Shown here piece after piece: positions 9,023-17,773 of a stretch of 54,939 bases of DNA. The stretch's first letter is position 1. Every line of letters begins with the position of its first letter. The notes under the pieces were generated by a model. The model did not search any database and had not been told where the DNA came from. It worked only from the letters and a program-made list of their open reading frames with translations. A program made the position numbers and the translations under genes. Location of the stretch: positions 1-54,939 of IMG/VR virus record IMGVR_UViG_3300043184_000041. The stretch is one strand, 5' to 3'. The DNA comes from a virus (Duplodnaviria > Caudoviricetes).

Positions 9023-9415
9023 ATGCTCTGCCTACACCGCAAGCCCGAAGAAGCCGTCATCATCCGCAACGAGCGGACCAAGGAAGAACTGAAAGTGCTC
9101 GTCACCGGCGTGAAGGGGCACAGCGTTTACTTAGGCTTGGAGGGCCCTGACCATTACAACTTCATCCGCGACGAGCTGCTCACGGGGGTCGCTATGTCAC
9201 GCAAGCAAATCAGCGAAACCCTCCGCCCCTACATCATCAACGACCCCCACCAAGGGGCCTACTTGCATGACCGCGACGCGGCCTCACTGCTCCCGCCTGA
9301 ACTCGTCAAGACGATGATTCGCTCGGGCATGTGGAAAGGCCCCAAGCCCCACACGGTCCACGTCCGTCGGCTCGTCCAAGCCATGTCCCGTTACACTGCC
9401 CCCACCCCCGCCTGA
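9023..9415 (+). CDS. csrA: CsrA/RsmA-like protein with about 70-aa C-terminal extension
   Basis: MLCLHRKPEEAVII...VLVTGVKGHSVYLGLEGP...IRDEL matches the CsrA pattern MLxLxRxxxExxxI...VxLGxxAP...IxRxE; SD AAGGAAGGA. Confidence 0.8.
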   Translation: MLCLHRKPEEAVIIRNERTKEELKVLVTGVKGHSVYLGLEGPDHYNFIRDELLTGVAMSRKQISETLRPYIINDPHQGAYLHDRDAASLLPPELVKTMIRSGMWKGPKPHTVHVRRLVQAMSRYTAPTPA

Positions 9416-9420
9416 TCGTC

Positions 9421-9837
9421 ATGCACGCCACCCTCGAAGCAATCGACAAAGCAGTCGCCACTGCCAAGCAGCGTAAGCGGCTCTGCAAGGGAACCAATCT
9501 CCGTTCCAACGACAGCCGCATCATCCACTACAGCGACGGCCCCGGCTTCCATATCTTCTGGATGCGGCCGGAAGACCCGCCCACCGACGGAACAGTCTAC
9601 AGCGTCGCCGACTACGAGAACCTGCCCTACCACCGGCGCGCCGCCCCGGAAGACCTGATCGTCGCCATCGCGGACCACGTCGCCAACAACAGCGACCGCA
9701 CCAAGCTCGGCCCCGAAGACATGCTGCTGCTCAAGTACCTCGAAGGGGCGCTGTTGGCCATCAAGATGAAGCACGCCCTTGCTCGCCAGAAAGCCCATGA
9801 ATCCCAACCCCAACCCCAAGCCCAGCCCGGAGCCTAA
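9421..9837 (+). CDS. Hypothetical protein
   Basis: ORF with typical codon usage; QP repeat at the C-terminus. Confidence 0.6.
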   Translation: MHATLEAIDKAVATAKQRKRLCKGTNLRSNDSRIIHYSDGPGFHIFWMRPEDPPTDGTVYSVADYENLPYHRRAAPEDLIVAIADHVANNSDRTKLGPEDMLLLKYLEGALLAIKMKHALARQKAHESQPQPQAQPGA

Positions 9838-9952
9838 CCCCAAGGTCGCTGCTTGCCTGCGGTCTATGCACTACGTCGGCACAGGATTGGCTTGAGACAG
9901 AAGCTGCTGCCGCGACCCACCTAGCCGAAAAGTATTCCCGGTTGCCCCTGCC

Positions 9953-9968
9953 TTTCTTTTCAGAGAAA
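9953..9968 (+). repeat. Dispersed motif A, TTTCTTTTCAGAGAAA (representative copy)
   Basis: Exact 15-16-mer copies at 9953, 16665 (reverse), 23382, 30967, 36795, 44946 and 54647. Variants at 125 (reverse), 438, 3935, 16874 (reverse), 28420, 46205, 50923 and 51875; weaker ones at 27234, 33696 and 41721. Confidence 0.92.
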
Positions 9969-9998
9969 CTAGGGGGGGCACCACCAAGGAACTGGGTC

Positions 9999-10199
9999 AT
10001 GAAGAAGCTCAAGCCGGTCGCTGGGGACAGCGGCAAGATCACCACCGCCGCCGGCCTTGCCCGTCGCCTAGGCAAGCACCGTGGCACCGTGACCCGCGCT
10101 CTACGCAAGGTCCGTGGCGGCACCGCTTCCCGTGTTGGCCACCAGTTCATGCTGTCCAGCCGGCTCCAAGCCGCAGCCCGCAAGGTGCTGGGCAAGTAG
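9999..10199 (+). CDS. Small basic HTH DNA-binding protein
   Basis: TAAGLARRLGKHRGTVTRALRK helix-turn-helix; SD AAGGA. Confidence 0.75.
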   Translation: MKKLKPVAGDSGKITTAAGLARRLGKHRGTVTRALRKVRGGTASRVGHQFMLSSRLQAAARKVLGK

Positions 10200-10201
10200 C
10201 C

Positions 10202-10214
10202 GAATACTTTTCAG
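10202..10214 (+). repeat. Dispersed motif B, GAATACTTTTC(AG) (representative copy)
   Basis: Copies at 9927 (reverse), 10202, 17139, 18781, 20090 (reverse), 23320 and 38681; all intergenic. Confidence 0.88.
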
Positions 10215-10313
10215 CGAACCACAGAGGGCGAGACTGCGTCTCTAAGTCTAGCCCTAGCCGTGACACGGCTGCCCAACCTTGGTAGGCTGGAACTGCTGGT
10301 AGGCAGCTATGCG

Positions 10314-10351
10314 ACCCGCCCTCTGTCTTCTGCGGCAGGGGGCGGGTTTTT
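10314..10351 (+). terminator. Rho-independent terminator
   Basis: ACCCGCCCTCTGTC...GGCAGGGGGCGGGT hairpin followed by a T-tract. Confidence 0.7.
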
Positions 10352-10883
10352 GTGCAAGGGGGAGATCGGGGGGCTCTCTGTGGGGGAGCGATGGCGATAG
10401 CAACGATCCTACTCGGGGGCCTTTCGCGCCGTCCCCTGCCCGAGGGGTGGGCGCATCTTAAGTTGCGCACCCAAGGCCCCAGGCTGCCCTAGGCGCAACT
10501 CAAGTTGCGCTAGGCTGTCCTGACCCACCCTTCCCCGCGGAACGCATCCTGGCGTGGCTGGGGGCCCTTCTCGCAGCCCTCGTTCTATTGGCCCACGGCT
10601 CGACCAGGACATGCCCCCGCCAGAACGGCCGAGGGGCGGCATAGGCTGCCCGCCACAGCACAGCAAGAAGGGCCTATTAGGACCTGGGCATGGCGCGCGC
10701 ATTGGCGGGAACGCGACTATTAGGGGGTGGGGCTATCGCGCGTGTACCCCCCGCCTGGGGGCTGCAGACCCCCGAAGCTGCGGCTGGCCGCATGTGGCTG
10801 CCCGAACCCCCCTGGGGAAAGGGCTGCCGGCCGGTAACTCCCGACCCCGCGTCCGCTCGCATTGTCAACCGCTGCCCCTGCGT

Positions 10884-10978
10884 TGTCAACCCCCCTAGAC
10901 AAAGTTTTTTGAGAATGTCGCAAAGCCTAAAAAAATCTGTCCAGGGGGGTTGACAGAGTTTCTGGCCTCGTCTAACGT
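10884..10978 (+). promoter_or_regulatory. Sigma70-type promoter embedded in a 27-bp inverted repeat
   Basis: TTGACA (10950)-17 bp-TAACGT (10973). Arms 10884-10910 and 10929-10955 are near-perfect reverse complements. Confidence 0.7.
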
Positions 10979-11058
10979 CTAAACAGTTCAGCGACGCGGC
11001 CCCGCTCATCGGGCCGCCATCGGCCCCCCAGCGGGCCCCCAGCAAAGGAGTCTCTTTC

Positions 11059-11346
11059 ATGCGTCTGCTGCCCCCCACCACGCGCCCCGCCCGCAGCTTG
11101 GCCGCGATCGAAGCGCTCGCCACAACGCTGACCCGCGAGCACACAGCGGGCGGCAAGGTTCAGTTGCGCCGGCCCCTCTCGACGCTCGACGCCATGCGGC
11201 TCGGCGCGCTCGGCTGGGCAGTCTTTGCCCGCCCCGTGCGATCTGGCGAGGGTTTGCGCTGGCAACTTTGCTACGCGCGAGCCGACCACGACGGGGTGGC
11301 CGCGGCCGTCGCCGACGCCGCCGAACGCAGTTGCTCCGCTTGCTGA
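11059..11346 (+). CDS. Hypothetical protein (putative early gene)
   Basis: SD AAGGAG; directly after the promoter. Confidence 0.6.
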   Translation: MRLLPPTTRPARSLAAIEALATTLTREHTAGGKVQLRRPLSTLDAMRLGALGWAVFARPVRSGEGLRWQLCYARADHDGVAAAVADAAERSCSAC

Positions 11347-11397
11347 TCTCTTCCGCAACAACCAACAACCAACAACCAACAAACCCCCGAGTTTACC

Positions 11398-12876
11398 ATG
11401 CGCACCATCGACCATTGCCGGATTCCAAACCTGCCCCGCTTGGCCGCGCTTTGCACAGCCCAAGCCGCAGCCGTCGCGCGGATTGCGGCCCCCCAGCGTG
11501 GCGACAGCCCGCAACAAGCAGCCGACAAAGCAAACCGCATCGTCGCGCAACTCCATCGCCGCGCCGTGCTGGCGCATGCCATCGCGTGCCATCGTCACGC
11601 GCTGGCGGAGGAAGCGGGCAGCGTCTCTTGCAATCATCGCTTGCCGCCCGCCAGTCGCGGCCTTGGGCAGAAAGTCGCACAGCTCAGCGCGCCGCCAGCG
11701 CCCGGCGGGACAACGCCAGACGAGCTGGCCGACCTGCTGGCGCGGCTCTCGACATTCCGCACAGCATGGGCAGAGGCCGACAACGCGACGGCGCAGCTGG
11801 TCAAGCTGGCCGAGCAGCTTGAAACAGCTCTGTCGCCGCGCGGCGCCTGCCGCTGGCGCGGCAACAAGAGCATCACCGGCGCGGCGCAACTGATTGCCGC
11901 GCTGCGGTACTGGCGGCGTCGCGGCGAACGTGACGACGATGGAACTCTCCCGGCTCACCAAGCTGTTTTGGGGATCGCGCAACCCTGCAGCCAAGCGCGC
12001 CGCGCTGGTGTGCTGGTCACGGCAACCCTGGCCAAACCGGGGCGCGTCCCGAAGGCTGCCGACTTGCCGACTTGGCAACCGGCGCAGCGTGGCGCAGCGC
12101 CCGACGCTCTCGGCCTTTGGAATGTCGAACGGGTCAAACTCCAGCGCCGCGCCTTGCTGCGCCTTGACCTTGGCGAACTGCCGCGACATCACGCGCCGGA
12201 CGATTGTTTCGTCGTTCCGCCCCGGCATTTGCGGAACCATCACACAACGCGGCAAGAAAACCTCGTCCCGCTGTGCCGGAAGGAAGGCGCAGACCTCGCC
12301 GCGACCCGCGCCGTTCGCGTCCTGCTGCGGCGCGGCCGCCCGGAAGCATGGCGCGGCAGGACGCTCCAACATTCCGGGCCCGCTGTCGTGCCGTGCGGCC
12401 CGCTGGAGCCTTGGCGGTTGTTCGGCGCGCTGATGGTCTACCGCTTCAGCGCGCGCAGCCTTGGCGATTCTCTGCCGATTTGGGTTTACGCTTGGGGAAA
12501 CAGCGAAACGCACAGCGCAGACCTCTACCATGCAAACCGCGACGAGCCGGAAGCAATCGTCGAGGCGCAGATTCAAAACCGGCTCAGCAGCAACGCCAGG
12601 CGCATGCGCGAACAACTAGACCGCTCCGCCAGTGACGCACAGCGCGCCGCAGCCCGCCGCAAGCGCATCGCGGACACATTGCGCGCCGCCCGTCGGGCCC
12701 CAGCTTTACGGCCGGCCGACAGTTACGCGGTCGGCAACTGCAAACCCGGCACCAGCGCCTTCATTCGCGCGCTGGGAATCACGGGCGACACAGCAGAGGG
12801 CCGCACTGTGGCCAAGGCTTGGCGCGCGGCCAAGTTCCCCGAACTAGACCGTTTTGCTGCTGTCGTTTGCAACTAG
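11398..12876 (+). CDS. Hypothetical Ala/Arg-rich protein (putative early gene)
   Basis: 492-aa ORF co-oriented with its neighbours; C-terminal DSYAVGNCKPGTSAF segment. Confidence 0.6.
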   Translation: MRTIDHCRIPNLPRLAALCTAQAAAVARIAAPQRGDSPQQAADKANRIVAQLHRRAVLAHAIACHRHALAEEAGSVSCNHRLPPASRGLGQKVAQLSAPPAPGGTTPDELADLLARLSTFRTAWAEADNATAQLVKLAEQLETALSPRGACRWRGNKSITGAAQLIAALRYWRRRGERDDDGTLPAHQAVLGIAQPCSQARRAGVLVTATLAKPGRVPKAADLPTWQPAQRGAAPDALGLWNVERVKLQRRALLRLDLGELPRHHAPDDCFVVPPRHLRNHHTTRQENLVPLCRKEGADLAATRAVRVLLRRGRPEAWRGRTLQHSGPAVVPCGPLEPWRLFGALMVYRFSARSLGDSLPIWVYAWGNSETHSADLYHANRDEPEAIVEAQIQNRLSSNARRMREQLDRSASDAQRAAARRKRIADTLRAARRAPALRPADSYAVGNCKPGTSAFIRALGITGDTAEGRTVAKAWRAAKFPELDRFAAVVCN

Positions 12877-12897
12877 ACCCCCGGCAAGGAAACAATT

Positions 12898-13035
12898 GTG
12901 CTAACTTTAAACTATAACCCCGACGGGTCTACCGGACGCCCGTTGCCCGGCGATTTGGGGACTGCGGTTGTGTGTGACCCGGTTAAAATGCTGTTCCCGG
13001 CCGAGGCTTGCGGCAGCAACGGGGGGCTAGAATGA
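12898..13035 (+). CDS. Small hypothetical protein (45 aa)
   Basis: GTG start with SD AAGGA; ATGA overlap with the next gene. Confidence 0.45.
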   Translation: MLTLNYNPDGSTGRPLPGDLGTAVVCDPVKMLFPAEACGSNGGLE

Positions 13036-13424
13036 AGCATCCCCACGTCGCCGCAATTGTGCGAGAACGCGACGCGGCGGCCGCTCTAGTGCTGCCCGCA
13101 GCGCTGGGGGACGCCGCATGGGCCAGCCGTCGTGCTGCTGTGCTGTGGGCCTGCCGCCCGCTGGTTGCTGCTGGCAGCGCCGACGACGCCGCTCAAGTTT
13201 TGGCATGCTGCTGGCGCAGGATCGGCCAGATGTTGGGCAAACCCTTGCCGGCTCGCGGGTTAGCGCGCTTGCCGACGCTGCCGGACGGCTGGCGGGTGAG
13301 CGAAACGGTAGACCTCACGGGCGGCCAGGTGATCGTGGCCGGCTTGGTTGTTACGGCTGAAAGCACAGACCCAGTTTTTCTTGCCCTGGCGCGGCAAGCT
13401 TCACACCTTCCAGGAGTCCGATAG
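13032..13424 (+). CDS. Hypothetical protein
   Basis: Translationally coupled ORF (MKHPHVAAIV...). Confidence 0.55.
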   Translation: MKHPHVAAIVRERDAAAALVLPAALGDAAWASRRAAVLWACRPLVAAGSADDAAQVLACCWRRIGQMLGKPLPARGLARLPTLPDGWRVSETVDLTGGQVIVAGLVVTAESTDPVFLALARQASHLPGVR

Positions 13425-13425
13425 C

Positions 13426-13650
13426 ATGTTGACTCGACAACACTTTGTGTCGCTGGCGGAAGTGCTAGCAGCGGCTGCCCCGCCCGACCCGATGGACGCT
13501 ACAGACCGCGACGGCTTGTTAATTTCGTCTGCAAAACAACAACAACACCGCAAAATCGCCGAGAAAATCAGCAGTTTTCTCGCATCGACAAACCCGAGAT
13601 TTAATCAACAACTTTTCCTCCAAGCGTGCGGAGTCACACAACCCGACTGA
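13426..13650 (+). CDS. Conserved small phage protein (MLTRQHF...NPRFNQQLFLQAC)
   Basis: SD AGGAG; resembles a recurrent phage family ending NPRFxxxxFLxAC. Confidence 0.65.
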   Translation: MLTRQHFVSLAEVLAAAAPPDPMDATDRDGLLISSAKQQQHRKIAEKISSFLASTNPRFNQQLFLQACGVTQPD

Positions 13651-13693
13651 ATGTAAATCACACAACCCGACTGAATGTAAATCACGCAACCCG
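13634..13693 (+). repeat. 24-bp tandem repeat, about 2.5 copies (TCACACAACCCGACTGAATGTAAA)
   Basis: Read directly from the sequence. Confidence 0.9.
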
Positions 13694-13717
13694 GCCTAAC
13701 ACGTCGGGTTTTCTTTT
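13688..13717 (+). terminator. Rho-independent terminator closing the putative early region
   Basis: AACCCGGC...GTCGGGTT hairpin followed by TTCTTTT. Confidence 0.6.
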
Positions 13718-13892
13718 GTCTACACATCAGACCTTAGAATCGCGACACACAAAGCACGACAAATTTGTCGCTAGTTGCTCAGTAGCTCTACGATGTAGAG
13801 GGGGTGTACACGCTCGACCACCCCAGCTCCACAACGCACAGCTTCCGCGCTGAGCAGCCCAGCAGCAGGCGGTAGAGCCTCCACGGATGGAG

Positions 13893-13927
13893 CGGTCGGG
13901 TCGGTCGGGTCGGTCGGGTCGGTCGGA
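13893..13927 (+). repeat. 9-bp tandem repeat (CGGTCGGGT), about 4 copies
   Basis: Read directly; followed by a purine/G-rich tract. Confidence 0.9.
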
Positions 13928-14087
13928 TTTAGAGAGGGGGGGATAGGGGGTGAGGGGAGTACCTTCCTAGCCATTCACAAATACACATTTTAGCTAACGC
14001 CACTGCTAACCATTGCGCCACAGTCGCCAGCACGGTACTCTGTTTCCAGGCGGCATTGCCCCATACCATCAATCCAGTACACCCTCC

Positions 14088-14116
14088 TGGACAACGGTAA
14101 TCATTCCCTGTACAAT
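14088..14116 (+). promoter_or_regulatory. Putative sigma70-type promoter
   Basis: TGGACA-17 bp-TACAAT upstream of SD AAGGAG. Confidence 0.55.
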
Positions 14117-14140
14117 GCAGGCCGACCCCAAGGAGCCAAC

Positions 14141-14368
14141 ATGGCCCTACAGCACCACCACGAACCGCCCCAAGACAGGGACTCCAACATGCGGCCCAAG
14201 CTGGCCCTGGAGAAAGCCGTTGAAGAGAAGATTGCGGTCTTGAGGAAGAACAGGACGCTTCTGCTCGACAAAGTCACCATCTTGGAAAGCCAGATCAGTC
14301 TGCTCCAGGAACTGCTTCGTGTCCCGGAACGCCCCCGCACGTCTGTCCCCTACCCCGAACGAGACTGA
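14141..14368 (+). CDS. Coiled-coil hypothetical protein
   Basis: SD AAGGAG; leucine-zipper-like. Confidence 0.6.
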   Translation: MALQHHHEPPQDRDSNMRPKLALEKAVEEKIAVLRKNRTLLLDKVTILESQISLLQELLRVPERPRTSVPYPERD

Positions 14369-14373
14369 CAACG

Positions 14374-15156
14374 ATGCGTGTCATCCTGGGCGACTGCCTT
14401 ACTGACCTGAAGCGACGCAAGACGGACAGCGTGGACTTGGTGTTTACGTCCCCACCCTACGAAGACGCACGGACCTACGGCATTGACTACACGCTGAAGG
14501 GGGACGCCTGGGTCCAGTGGTGCGCCGACAGGTACGTCGAGTGCTGTAGGGTGAGCGAGGGACTTGTAGCGTGGGTGGTTGCGGGGACGACGCGGAACTA
14601 CCGGTGGTCGGCGGCTCCCGTGCTGTTGATGGCCGAACTGCTGAAGAGGGGCGTGCCGCTGCGTAACCCACCCGTCTACAAGCGCAATGGCATACCGGGG
14701 AGCGGGGGGCCAGACTGGCTCCGCAGTGATTACGAGTGGATCGTCTGCTCGTCCAAAAGAAAGCTCCCCTGGAGCGACAACACGGCGATGGGGCACGCCC
14801 CCAAGTACGAACCGGGGGGGCGACCAACCCACCGCACCAAGGGGGGGAAGCGGGCAGAAGGAGCGGGCTACCGGCAACCCAAGCTGGCCAACCCCGGCAA
14901 CGTGATTGACTGCGGCGCGGTGGGTGGCGGCAACATTGGGTCCAGGTTGGCCAGTGAGAACGAAGCCCCCTTCCCCGAAAAGCTGGCCGAGTTCTTCATC
15001 AAGTCGTTCTGTCCACCGGGTGGGGTTGTTCTCGACCCGTTCTGCGGCAGTGGAACGACCCTGGCGGTAGCGAAGAGGCTGGGCAGGGACGCGATTGGCG
15101 TAGACGTGCGACAAAGTCAGGTAGACCTTACCCGTAGGCGTTTGGCCGAAAAGTAA
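14374..15156 (+). CDS. Beta-class N4/N6 DNA methyltransferase (probably N4-cytosine)
   Basis: Catalytic TSPPY near the N-terminus; SAM-binding VLDPFCGSGTT near the C-terminus. Confidence 0.92.
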   Translation: MRVILGDCLTDLKRRKTDSVDLVFTSPPYEDARTYGIDYTLKGDAWVQWCADRYVECCRVSEGLVAWVVAGTTRNYRWSAAPVLLMAELLKRGVPLRNPPVYKRNGIPGSGGPDWLRSDYEWIVCSSKRKLPWSDNTAMGHAPKYEPGGRPTHRTKGGKRAEGAGYRQPKLANPGNVIDCGAVGGGNIGSRLASENEAPFPEKLAEFFIKSFCPPGGVVLDPFCGSGTTLAVAKRLGRDAIGVDVRQSQVDLTRRRLAEK

Positions 15157-15181
15157 CCCCTAAACAGAAACGGAGAAGACG

Positions 15182-15604
15182 ATGACTACAAAAAGGCGGT
15201 TGGTTTCCCTGACATACAAGCAGACGAAAAATCGCCTGACCTTGGCCGACTGCGATCCGGGGGACTACGAAGTGTCGTACAGCCTCTGCGGTCAAAACCG
15301 ACTCTTGAGGCGACTCACACCCGACGGCCGTGTCGTTTGCATCCGCAACAACGGGAGCGACGGCGATCACCACCGAACCGATCTTAGGGACTACGAAGTC
15401 CACCGCCGTCTCGACGGACCGATGCCCGAAGAGAAGGCTCCCGAAAAGTGGCATTACTGTGCCGACATCCCTATTGGAGTAGAGACCACTGACGACAAAG
15501 GCTATCAGGTGGTCCGTCTCGCCGAGGATGTCAAGCTCTGTCCCCACAACCCCAGCCCGCCCTACCGAGCGACGGGCCGCATCGCCATTCCTGTTTGGGA
15601 GTAG
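15182..15604 (+). CDS. Hypothetical protein
   Basis: SD GGAG; ORF. Confidence 0.6.
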   Translation: MTTKRRLVSLTYKQTKNRLTLADCDPGDYEVSYSLCGQNRLLRRLTPDGRVVCIRNNGSDGDHHRTDLRDYEVHRRLDGPMPEEKAPEKWHYCADIPIGVETTDDKGYQVVRLAEDVKLCPHNPSPPYRATGRIAIPVWE

Positions 15605-15611
15605 ATTGACT

Positions 15612-16067
15612 GTGAACGAACACAATGACGCGCCTACAATCAAGCGGCAGGAAGGCTGGCCGGAGTGGGCGGAGTGGTACGCGGTGGACTATTCCGGCAG
15701 AACGGGTGTCTATGAGTTTGAACCGGTAATCGGCGATGACGACTCCCTGAGTGGCCCCTCTTGGTTCCTTCCTCCATGCGGTGGTCGGTGGCAAGAGATT
15801 GGCGACGCCTTGGGACGGAAAGTCCCCTTCTGGTTTAGGTCCAAGCGTCGCATCGTGCGGACGCCGAAGGAAGCACCTGGGCCCGAGAGACACAGTTACT
15901 CTGCGACGAAAGCCGCCAGCGTCCTTGCGAAGCGGCTGACGCTACTCGGCCAGGCGGCCTACGCCCGCAAGGTGCTCATCGAGGCCAATATTCCCGTCCC
16001 CGCTCGCGTCGAGCGGGAAGCGACGGGGAGGGATCTGGTCAAAGGGTCTGTTGAGCCGGAAGCGTGA
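15612..16067 (+). CDS. Hypothetical Trp-rich phage protein
   Basis: WPEWAEWYAVDYSG...YEFEP segment; GTG start assumed. Confidence 0.55.
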   Translation: MNEHNDAPTIKRQEGWPEWAEWYAVDYSGRTGVYEFEPVIGDDDSLSGPSWFLPPCGGRWQEIGDALGRKVPFWFRSKRRIVRTPKEAPGPERHSYSATKAASVLAKRLTLLGQAAYARKVLIEANIPVPARVEREATGRDLVKGSVEPEA

Positions 16068-16112
16068 GCGCCCGGAGTGAACCAACAACAACAGGAACGA
16101 AGGGGGTGACGC

Positions 16113-16630
16113 ATGACGCCGGAACAACGGGCGATCGTGGAAGCGATCATCGACGACTACGCGACGCCGGAAGACGGCGAAGATTGCCAACTGGAGTTCT
16201 GTCACGACCGAGCCGAAGCCCTCCGCGCCTGCTTGAAAGCGGCCACCGAGCCCCCCGCTGTTGTGGAGCTACGGCCAGATCAGCACAGCAACATCTATCA
16301 TGCCATCATCTGCTGGCGGAGGTTGGGTCCGCAGCCCCCGTTGTGGTGGAGCTGACGGAGGGGGATCGCGAGGCAATTGACGCCGCCATTGCCAACGCCG
16401 CTCACCACGCCCGCGACGCCTACAGCGTGGAATCGGAGTCTCGCTGGGCGATCGTGCGCGACCAGTTGCTCTCGATTCGCAACCGCGACCCCGGCGAGTA
16501 CGTCGCGGTGAAGAGAGAGGACTTGAGCGTTCTCCGCGAGGCTGCCGTGCGGATCGTGGGCGATGAACACCGCAAGCATCCGTACGACGCCGCCATCGAC
16601 GCGGCGAACAAAGCACTGGGAAACGACTAA
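16113..16630 (+). CDS. Hypothetical protein, apparently frameshifted near 16300-16350
   Basis: The 16113-16355 frame and the 3' part of the 16064-16630 frame are both protein-like and share a VVEL repeat. Confidence 0.45.
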
Positions 16631-16695
16631 TAAAGCCGAAGGCTAGTAACCTTTCCCCTTCTCATTTCTCTGAAAAGAAATCCCCAGGAGTAACC

Positions 16696-16863
16696 ATGAA
16701 GCGTGAAGCAGTGACTGTGCGGATGCCCAAGCTGACCTACGACTTGCTGAAACAAGCGGCCGAGGAAGACGGCAGGTCCATGAACGAGTATTGCGTCAGG
16801 GCCATCAAGGCGGCGGCTGTCAGGACTATGGAGAAGAAGAAAAAGGGTGAGAGCCCTTCCTGA
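16696..16863 (+). CDS. Arc/HicB-like ribbon-helix-helix repressor (55 aa; not in the ORF track)
   Basis: MKREAVTVRMPKLTYDLLKQAAEEDGRSMNEYCVRAIK; SD AGGAG; flanked on both sides by motif A. Confidence 0.85.
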   Translation: MKREAVTVRMPKLTYDLLKQAAEEDGRSMNEYCVRAIKAAAVRTMEKKKKGESPS

Positions 16864-16910
16864 AGCCCCGCCATTTCTCTGAAAGAAAACAACCACCAAC
16901 AGGACGCGCG

Positions 16911-17135
16911 ATGGCCAACATAAGGATCATTGTTGGGGTAGCTCCCGACGGCACCGACAACCTCTGCTTAGTGATGCAGAGCACCGACAAAGACGCAAGC
17001 GACATGCTCAGGGAGTTCGTCGAAAGGGCCATGCAGCTCAAGAAATGCGCCATCTCTGTGCAGCAAGGCGAAGACGGAGAACGGTGGGTGGGGTTGGTCA
17101 TTTCCGAAGAAGACGACAGCTACCTGCACAACTAG
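16911..17135 (+). CDS. Hypothetical protein
   Basis: SD AGGA. Confidence 0.6.
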   Translation: MANIRIIVGVAPDGTDNLCLVMQSTDKDASDMLREFVERAMQLKKCAISVQQGEDGERWVGLVISEEDDSYLHN

Positions 17136-17168
17136 GTAGAATACTTTTCACCAAACAGGGAGTGGAAG

Positions 17169-17558
17169 GTGGACCAACCAACGACAATCTGCTGTTCGGG
17201 GGCCGAGTTGTTCTTCCTAGAGCTGAAGAGGATGGGGCTGGTCGTCGTGCGGCAGCTCGAAACGCCCCCTTACTGGGAAGTGCTGAGCAGGGACAAACCC
17301 CTGCGGATGATGGGGGGCGGGCGTACCAACGACAGACTCCGGGTCTTGCTGCGGCACAAGCAAGAACGGAAGCACCTGTTGGTCCACCGCTTGGTCTACT
17401 GCCACATGACGGGAGCCCCGGTGCCTGCCGGCTTCGACGTGCATCACCTGAATGGGGACCGCTTCGACAACCGCTGGGAGAACCTGATTGCGCTGTCACG
17501 CCGCGACCACGAGAAGCTGCACGCCTTCCAAGACGCCTTTGACTTCAAGGATTTCTAA
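17169..17558 (+). CDS. HNH endonuclease
   Basis: VHRLVY...VHHLNGDRFDNRWENL...H. Confidence 0.85.
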   Translation: MDQPTTICCSGAELFFLELKRMGLVVVRQLETPPYWEVLSRDKPLRMMGGGRTNDRLRVLLRHKQERKHLLVHRLVYCHMTGAPVPAGFDVHHLNGDRFDNRWENLIALSRRDHEKLHAFQDAFDFKDF

Positions 17559-17761
17559 TGGACCTAGCTCTGCTACAGACCGTGCTGATCGTCTACGGAG
17601 CGGGGGTTGTTGCGGCCTTCTCCCTGACCGACTTCGTCTGGTTCCACTGCACCGAGGAGTACCTGCCGCTGCGCTTCAACGCCGTCTGCGCTTTGGTGTG
17701 GCCTGTTGTTCTCGTTGTGACCGTTTATTCGGTCCTTGTCCGCATCGTTAAACGCTTTTAA
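17558..17761 (+). CDS. Small two-TM membrane protein
   Basis: Two hydrophobic stretches; TAATG coupling. Confidence 0.6.
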   Translation: MDLALLQTVLIVYGAGVVAAFSLTDFVWFHCTEEYLPLRFNAVCALVWPVVLVVTVYSVLVRIVKRF

Positions 17762-17773
17762 GGTGCCCCCTCG

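Noticed and set aside
9953-9968. Motif A as simply a terminator U-tract or a recombinase att site
   Set aside because: Most copies lack an upstream hairpin, several are intragenic or reversed, and no recombinase is encoded. A host recombinase cannot be excluded.
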